40,603 nucleotides of DNA from Catajapyx aquilonaris (lineage: Eukaryota), in NCBI GenBank assembly GCA_000934665.2, contig JYFJ02003521.1, positions 1 through 40,603 of the forward strand, read 5' to 3'. Positions 33,464 through 40,603 of this stretch are shown here, piece by piece. The translations under genes and the position numbers were made by a program. The stretch's first letter is position 1, and every line of letters starts with the position of its first letter. Below the pieces are notes generated by a model, which was not told the origin of the DNA, made no database searches, and worked only from the letters and a program-made list of their open reading frames with translations.

Positions 33464-34671
33464 ATATGTTTAATTTTTGAATTTTGAAATTTGTTTCTGA
33501 TTAGGGCTGCTCACTTTGTAACCATAAAACCATAGCAGTATTAGCACACCTACAGTAGGCCTATCATTGCCTGTCTACCTCCTCCTTGCTTATGAGTTTC
33601 TTATTTGACTTTTACCTAGTTCCTGATGCCCAATTATCAGCTTCTGGTGGATACCCATGTTACCTGTAATGGGGTTTTTACACATTGTATTTTTTTGCTG
33701 GGTTTGTTAAAAGGGCTTTGTGTGACCTTGTGCTAATGAATGTGACTCCACTCCACATGAGTCTATACTAGTGGCAGTTGGCATATATAAAAATAAATAA
33801 GTGTTGGGGGACATGTGTGAAAGACATGACACCATTGGGTCAAACCAACAAAGGTTCAATTATGTGATACCTGCTTGTCACTTTCCATTTCCAAATCATG
33901 TCTGGATAATCATGCACTCACTTGCATTCCAGAGAAATGGGCTGCTCAACAATTCCAGGCCTGAAATGACTTCCTAGTAGAGACCAGGATACCAACTGTA
34001 AAGGGCATGGTACTGAGAACATAAGGAAACTTGTCCTCTTACAAAATTATGGAACACCTGACTTTATTCAATGTGCAGAATTCAAGTTTGGCACCATAGT
34101 TATTCATATTTGCCTCTATCACAGATTGCAACATTCATCATTCACGATTTTTATAAATGTACCCTCTTCCACAAACGGAATGTGATAAATTAAAATGAAG
34201 CCAACACTTCTAAATATTGACACAAAACAACAAAAGAAATAAGGCAGACATTAAATATAAGAACAGACCACAAGACAATATGTGATCATGCATTTTTTTG
34301 TGACTGAAGTAATTCATCACCAAAAACTTGTCAAGTATATTCGAAGAACTTGTTTAAAAAAGGCACCAACTCCATTTAAAAGTCTTCTGTGGTATGGTCA
34401 TCAACTAGATGCTAGAGGTTTTTGAATCTATCCACCTCCTAATCCTTGTACACATGATGAAATTATTCAAAAATAACATCAAACCAATAAAAACACGTGT
34501 TTCTGCAATGATACTTCATGATCTTTTGGAAAAGAGCTCTTCATTTATATAGTTCAAGTAAGGCTCACGTGCAATAGCATCGAGTACTTATCAATGCATC
34601 CACCTGTAGACAATACTTGAACTAAGCCCACTAGTCAAGTTTTGAGATGACTGTTACATTATGCATTATAG

Positions 34672-35036
34672 CAGGGGTGGGCAACCTTTTTTTCTCCGTG
34701 GGCCGCATCTAGCAATAGAAATTTCAACTTATAAAAAAGTTTACAATTATTATATATCCATTGTTTTAAATGAACTTCCATTAATTGCATAAATTATCAT
34801 TAAATTCTCTGAAAATCGATAAAATTAGCTAATATGTCAATGAAAATGACCTGTATAAGTAAATAAATAAATAAACGTTTTTGTGGATTTAAACGAATTA
34901 AAAGAAAGGCACAGGCATAAAATTCTGCAATTTTAATTTTTCAAAATTTGCAGGAATTCCGAAATTTTTGGGCAGGCCGCACAAATTGTCTTCACGGGCC
35001 AGATCGGGCCTGCGGGCCGTAGGTTGCCGACCCCTG
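34672..35036. mobile_element. hAT (Charlie-like) MITE
   Basis: CAGGGGTGGGCAACCT / AGGTTGCCGACCCCTG with an 8-bp TSD CATTATAG / CATTGTAG; subterminal GGGCCG motifs. Confidence 0.85.
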
Positions 35037-35351
35037 CATTGTAGTATTGCAATGGCATACACTGAACCATTAAAAATTTTCTAGGAACTACTCAATGACC
35101 ATTACAAATTGAAAGTATTTACAGAATAAAATAATAGCAACCTTTACCCAGAGAACATAGGAATCGATTGTCATTTCTTCAACACTCATTCCTTGCAACA
35201 CCAAGGTCTGACTTGTGCTAATACTGACTCAGGTTCACTGGATGGAAAGTCCGTGTCATATATTACATTCCATTTTTTTCTCTTTGATGTATCCAAATAA
35301 AAATTCATTCAGTAGTTACAACAGTAACTGCATCAGTTTGAAATACTATCT

Positions 35352-38300
35352 TCATACTGTAACGTCCTTGAGCGTATTACGCTGGCTGAAGAAGCGGCGG
35401 GTTTCATGACCTACCAACCGGACGAGAAACTGAAAATTGTAAATGACAAAGTTAGAATTTACAATACAACATCTTGTGTGTTTTGTAAAAAATTCGTGCT
35501 TGTACCCACACATAGACAACATATTGTTAATAATAACAAATCCATCATCATACATCTTGTGGCTATGGTACTGATGAGACCTTGTCTACGTTAAACAATA
35601 CTTTCTTAAAAACGCGTACAATATAGTCAGGTTACTATGCACCCTTGCTATGGTTTAATAAATAATCTGCCTGAATATGAATCTGAGAGAAAACAATAAC
35701 ACTCCAGGTTCTACTTTTCAAAATCCTTCTGACATATTTACAACAATTTGGTTGATAAGCACTAGTTGAAATTATATGTGAAAATCACATTTGAGAATTG
35801 TCAGCATCTTCAGACAAACAAGAAACCACACTAACTACTCTCCTTCCTTTAGAGATGAAAGCCTAAGTCCACATGAAAGTTCCCAGTACCTTCCATTTGT
35901 CTTTCCCACTTGAAGTCATTATCATATGATTCCAACACCTGTAGCTATCGGGTGCAGTTATATGCAGTAGTTCAATTGAAGCTGGGTGGTGGAGCAAATG
36001 ATGGCACCGAAATAATGCAGACAATGCTTTATGACCAAAACTGACCTCCTGTGGTTGCGCAATTAAGTTTTGACAAAAGTGGATGGTACTGTTGGAATCA
36101 CAGACTTTTTAAGTGATATTTTGATCTCAAAGGCAAAGCAACCCAACCCATGTCATTTTACTGTAGAATCTATCCACTAAAATACTTCTAAAACAAAACA
36201 AAAAAACTTACCACAAGAGCCAAAACATCAGCAACCATAAGCATGTAAAAGACATATGACCACCCTTTGTCTGATATTGGCCCTGCAATAAGTGGTCCCA
36301 CTGCTGCACCTGCAATAACCAGGAAAAATTATATGATTTCAGCCGAGTTGTATGACTAACAGTAAAAAACATGTACTTGTTATTAATCAATTATACAACC
36401 ACCAACTACCACCACTGGCCTGAGAGATCGGATGTACACTGCTGGAAACAAAAACCACCTTGTACCGCCACAAGCAGAGTGAAGTGGCCAGAAAAGAGGG
36501 CATGGGTGGAAGAATGGATGAGCACAAGTTGATTCAAGCACACTTCCACCCAGAACTGCTTTCCTGGCCAGCTCACGCTGCTTTTGGGAATTCAGTACAA
36601 GGCAGTTTTTTCCAGTAACGTACAGTACCATTCATAAAGAATGTTACGACTCTATATGGACAAAATGTTTATCCTGTTCTCAACCCCTGGGTCACCAGCA
36701 TGTATTTAGGGGTCATGAGGAAGTCCGAGAAAAGGGAATCAAAATAAATAAAAAAAGAGGGAAAAAAAAACAAAGCAAAGTAGGAAAATTTTAGGGGGGA
36801 AATTCACATCAATCTACATACGCATTGCACCCGATTCCACATTTTGGTAATTAAAATTTTTATTTAAAAATCGGAATGGGTCATACTAGTCACCAGAGGT
36901 CCAGAAAAGGTTATCCACAGGGTTTCGTCGAAATAAGGTTGGGAATAAAGCTGGATAATCGGGATAAACATTTCGTCCATAGTGTCATACCATTCTTTAT
37001 GAACGAGACTGTACTATCTGTCAAATAATAATAATAATAATAAGCCAAACATATCCTGGCACATTACAACCATCAACCCTCTATTGAAAAACAATGGAAT
37101 GCTGCTGATTGCATAGCTATGATGGGCCAAAAATTTTTTTTGACATACATTATAATTCATCCTGGATATAAAAGCCACGGCTATAACAGACCTCGGTGAT
37201 ATCAGACTGATTTCCCCCATCCCTTGAAGTCTGTTATATCTGAGTCTACTGTGGTACATTATAAGATCTTGATTACAAAGTTGTTTAATTGCTAGTAGAT
37301 GACTGGAACACATGGTTTCTGATTCACTATCAATGGTGCAACTAGCCCTTAATGAATAGTAAACAAAACCTCAGAATGGCACTATGCAGAGGGAGTAAAA
37401 GTAATTTAAGGAGTGCTAAAAAAAACTTTCCACCTTCAAAGGAAGGGAAATAAGTTTGGTTGTATTAAGCAATTTTCTTCAGTTTCTTTTTACTGCATTT
37501 ATGGATTCAGTAGACTTCCTCTAAACAGAAGCCATCTGTATTCATCAGTCAAAAAATAAATTATAGTATAATTATCATCCCTCCAATTGTGACAATCATG
37601 TACCCACTTGGTCACATATCCAAAATATTTCAATTTCATTGAAAGCCTCTTTAACCCTAATAAGACGGACCGTGATTTTTCGCGTTTTGCAAGGATCTGC
37701 TAAAAATTCACTTGCTTTGTCACTTGGGGGACGAGACTTTAAAACACTAGTGAATAAGATCGTCTAGTGTCCAGGCTTGATCCTGAGGCCATCAATGTGA
37801 CCCTCCTCTCATACCATACGCAGTGGAAATTCTTAAATGCCCAACAAGGTGGCACAGGAGGTATGTTTCGCGTCTTCTCCAATTTTTTGTCACTCTGCCT
37901 GCTTGACAAAAAGCATATCGGTATGTAGCCTTGGCACCGCTGAACAAAGCAGTACATAAGCCCCTGGCATGAATTACGTCACAGGCCTGCTAGGTGTGCA
38001 GCAGTGATAAACACACAACCCCTCACGAATGTAAACATCCCTTGAGCCACAGCTGTTCAAAAACCCAGCGGGGCATGCGCCCCTCCATCCACACGGAGGC
38101 AGGCGTTGAGTTGCGCAGAGTCCCGCCAGCCGCTAATTGGCATTTACAAACATTATTTATTTATTCTAAAACTATTGAATTATCTTTTGCACTTAATTTT
38201 GGTTAGGGTGGAATCTCTTGAGGAGGTTTGGGGGCAACTACGTATGCCAAAAATTTGCCGGTCAAGGTCGGATTTTTTTTCTTTTTCCAAGTTTTTTTTT

Positions 38301-39409
38301 TCAGCGGCCACAAAGAGGATTTCATTCAAGTTAATCTGGTTAATCCGGTTCATTTATGCATGATTTTGTAGTCCAAAACTCGCAATTTTTTATGTGAGAA
38401 AAAATTTAAAAAGCCACACAGAAACCATGTTACATAGTGGGAAAACGCTATAGTTTCGACAGCCGAATTTTTTAAAGCCACCGTATCAGCATATGATACG
38501 CCCGTCTTATTAGGGTTAAAATAAATACAGTATACTCAATTTCATTATGCTTCTTAAAAATTCTACAGTATTTTATCAATATTGGTCTTCAAGACATAGG
38601 TACACTGGCAAGGTCACACAACTTACCAATAGATCCAGTGCCATCAATGATGGCGGTCACTGTTGCAAGAGCCTTGGAATTACCCTTGAGAGTGATATGA
38701 GTCCCCAAGTCAGCAGAAACAGCAGTTGTAATGAGTGCATATGGGCCATTCACAAGTAAGCCTACCAGCAGCAACAGTGATATGCTCACAGGTAGGTTCA
38801 TAGCTCCATACCTCTGGTACAGGAACATCTGGACACAAAATTATGTTTTAGATTGTGGGATGAAAACTACTAAATGAATAATGAATCACTGGACAATATT
38901 ACCGAGGGTATGGCAGTTACAAGCATCCCAGCACAAGTCACTGCACTCATCTGGGAGTAGTCGCTGATCATGCCTGCCAGAATCCCACCTACGATCCCAC
39001 CAACATCAAATATTGCAGACAAGTCAGCGCTTTGGCTAGCAGAGAAGGTGGCTGCAAAAGAGTCACCGCACGATATTCAACTTTCTGTCCACCACCCATC
39101 ACTGTGTGTAGATGAGCCACCTCCCAAGACACTTACTGGATGTGTTGATGTACCGTGGGAGCCAGTACAGGAAAGTGTAGCTCACCAGTTTGGAAAAAAA
39201 TAGACACAGAGAGTACTCCACCACTCCCTACAATCAAGGAAAAAAGTCATTAGAAATAAAGTTATGCAAAATTCTGAAAATAGCCTTTCCATAAAACTTA
39301 CTGGGATTTTGAGAGCTCCCCAGAAGCTAATGGCTCTCTCAGGTCCAGGGGTCATGTTAATTACTTGGCTCATAAATATTGGTGTATCTTCATCAGGTAC
39401 TTTGTCAGT
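35352..39409 (-). CDS. SLC37A2: SLC37A family sugar-phosphate exchanger (SLC37A1/A2-like MFS), 3' coding exons; 5' part lies beyond the right edge
   Basis: Exons 39409-39302 (AISFWGALKIP), 39227-39137 (GVVEYSLCLFFSKLVSYTFLYWLP), 39051-38903 (FDVGGIVGGILAGMISD), 38828-38627 (NGPYALITTAVSADLGTH..ALATVTAIIDGTGSI), 36309-36212 (GAAVGPLIAG..WSYVFYML), 35429-35352 (FLVRLVGHE...TGA). Phases are consistent. A1 vs A2 orthology cannot be resolved by eye. Confidence 0.93.
36623..37011. mobile_element. TA-flanked Tigger-like MITE with an internal hAT-like insertion (~36672-36950)
   Basis: TA|CAGTACCATTCATAAAGAATG...ATGGACAAAATGTTTATCC / GGATAAACATTTCGTCCAT...CATTCTTTATGAACGAGACTG|TA; inner ends TTCTCAACC / GGTTGGGAA. 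Confidence 0.7.
37655..38515. mobile_element. piggyBac-type non-autonomous element
   Basis: TTAA|CCCTAATAAGACGG / CCGTCTTATTAGGG|TTAA. Confidence 0.85.
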
Positions 39410-40603
39410 CTGAAAGAAGGCGTGGTACGGATGAATTGACTGAAATCCTGATAAGTCCCTTTTCATAGTTCATGCCATTACTAACCAATGCATAGTCACA
39501 TTTAAAAACTGAAAGACATTTCAACTACAGTCACTTACAAATTCAAATTGCACTATCCATCACCATGACATTCACATTTAACATACACTTTCACATTGCA
39601 GACAATTCAGCATGAATAATCTATGCACTTCAATATCTTAAAAGCCTTCTTTACTGCCTTCAGAACATCATAAATGTCCTGTGCCTTTAAAATGCATGAA
39701 CACCTTGATATTTCCATGCAATATCGTATATATGTCCATAACAGACCCTGAGTACAAGGGAAACTGGTCCATAGAGGAATTTTTCTGAGAATGGACATAT
39801 AAATAGGCATGAATTCGGGGTAAAAACCATGTCGAATGTATCAAAAACCTGTCCATTATGGAATTTTTTTTGAGTCCCGTGCAATTACGCCATACACAGG
39901 TTTCACTGTAAAACATTAAAGAAAATTTGTTATTTCTGTCATTTTCTGGGAATACTTTGCTGTGCACATTGCTAAATACCAACAAGTTTGTATTTTTGAC
40001 CTACACTTATGGTCACAAGCATAATGATAGAGTTGGACTTGGTAAGGAGTTCACTCTAAAACTGGTGATGTCTATGACCCAATGTTACTGTATGCGGTTG
40101 AGAATGTGCTATAATTTAAAATAGTATTAGGGCCAAGACATCACTGGTCTTACAGTGAACTTGTTGGAGCTACCTTACCCACTGTTTCCATCATTACATT
40201 TATGACTACCTATTTGTATTATATTTCTTAGGCATAAAGCAAAAGGAAAGCCACAAAACAAACTCAAACCTTATCTCTTTCCAATCACAGTGAATCAGAG
40301 GCAGAAAAGGCACTCTGACCTGGGAAACACTCCACATAGACAGCAACATATCACTTTCATCCATGTAACTTAAAAGCAAGCATTTCTTATTTGTCATGGG
40401 CCAACTGTAATTTAAGTCATGTAAAAAACAATCCCTGCTACCAGGTGTCTCAACTTCTGACCCATATCTCCCCTTCCCCCTTTCAGGTATGAGTTTTTTT
40501 TTTTTAAAATTAATAAATAACAGTGATAGGGCGGAGCTGTTCATAACAGTTTTGTTAATACACTCAAAGTGGCATAAATGATAGACAAATACCTTCCAGA
40601 AGT

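Noticed and set aside
40593..40603. Possible end of the preceding SLC37A exon (minus-strand AAG|GTATTT)
   Set aside because: Only 11 nt are visible at the window edge, so it cannot be supported.

Overview
Eukaryotic (animal) genomic DNA, most likely an arthropod given the U2AF1 sequence ([30 protein letters not shown], Drosophila U2af38-like). Manual splice reconstruction (all GT-AG introns, phases consistent) gives four protein-coding genes. (1) The 5' part of FANCM on the minus strand, running off the left edge. (2) A complete U2AF1/U2AF35 on the plus strand (6 coding exons, 271 aa), head-to-head with FANCM. (3) A complete, divergent ~1200-aa TRPM/TRPS-like cation channel on the minus strand (11 coding exons), tail-to-tail with U2AF1. 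(4) The 3' part of an SLC37A sugar-phosphate exchanger on the minus strand. Introns and intergenic DNA hold about 25 mostly non-autonomous transposons from many superfamilies (mariner/Tc1, Tigger/pogo, hAT, PIF/Harbinger, piggyBac, Kolobok-like, Sola-like, CACTA-like, a tRNA-derived SINE), several nested or forming long fold-backs. No prokaryotic system, CRISPR array or rRNA is present, and most short ORFs in the track are spurious. I found no clearly new biological system. The best leads are the atypical TRPM/TRPS channel (altered TRP box, short cysteine-free acidic pore loop, possible alternative last exon), in-frame retainable introns, a MER2-like Tigger MITE, and a 219-bp near-perfect palindrome.
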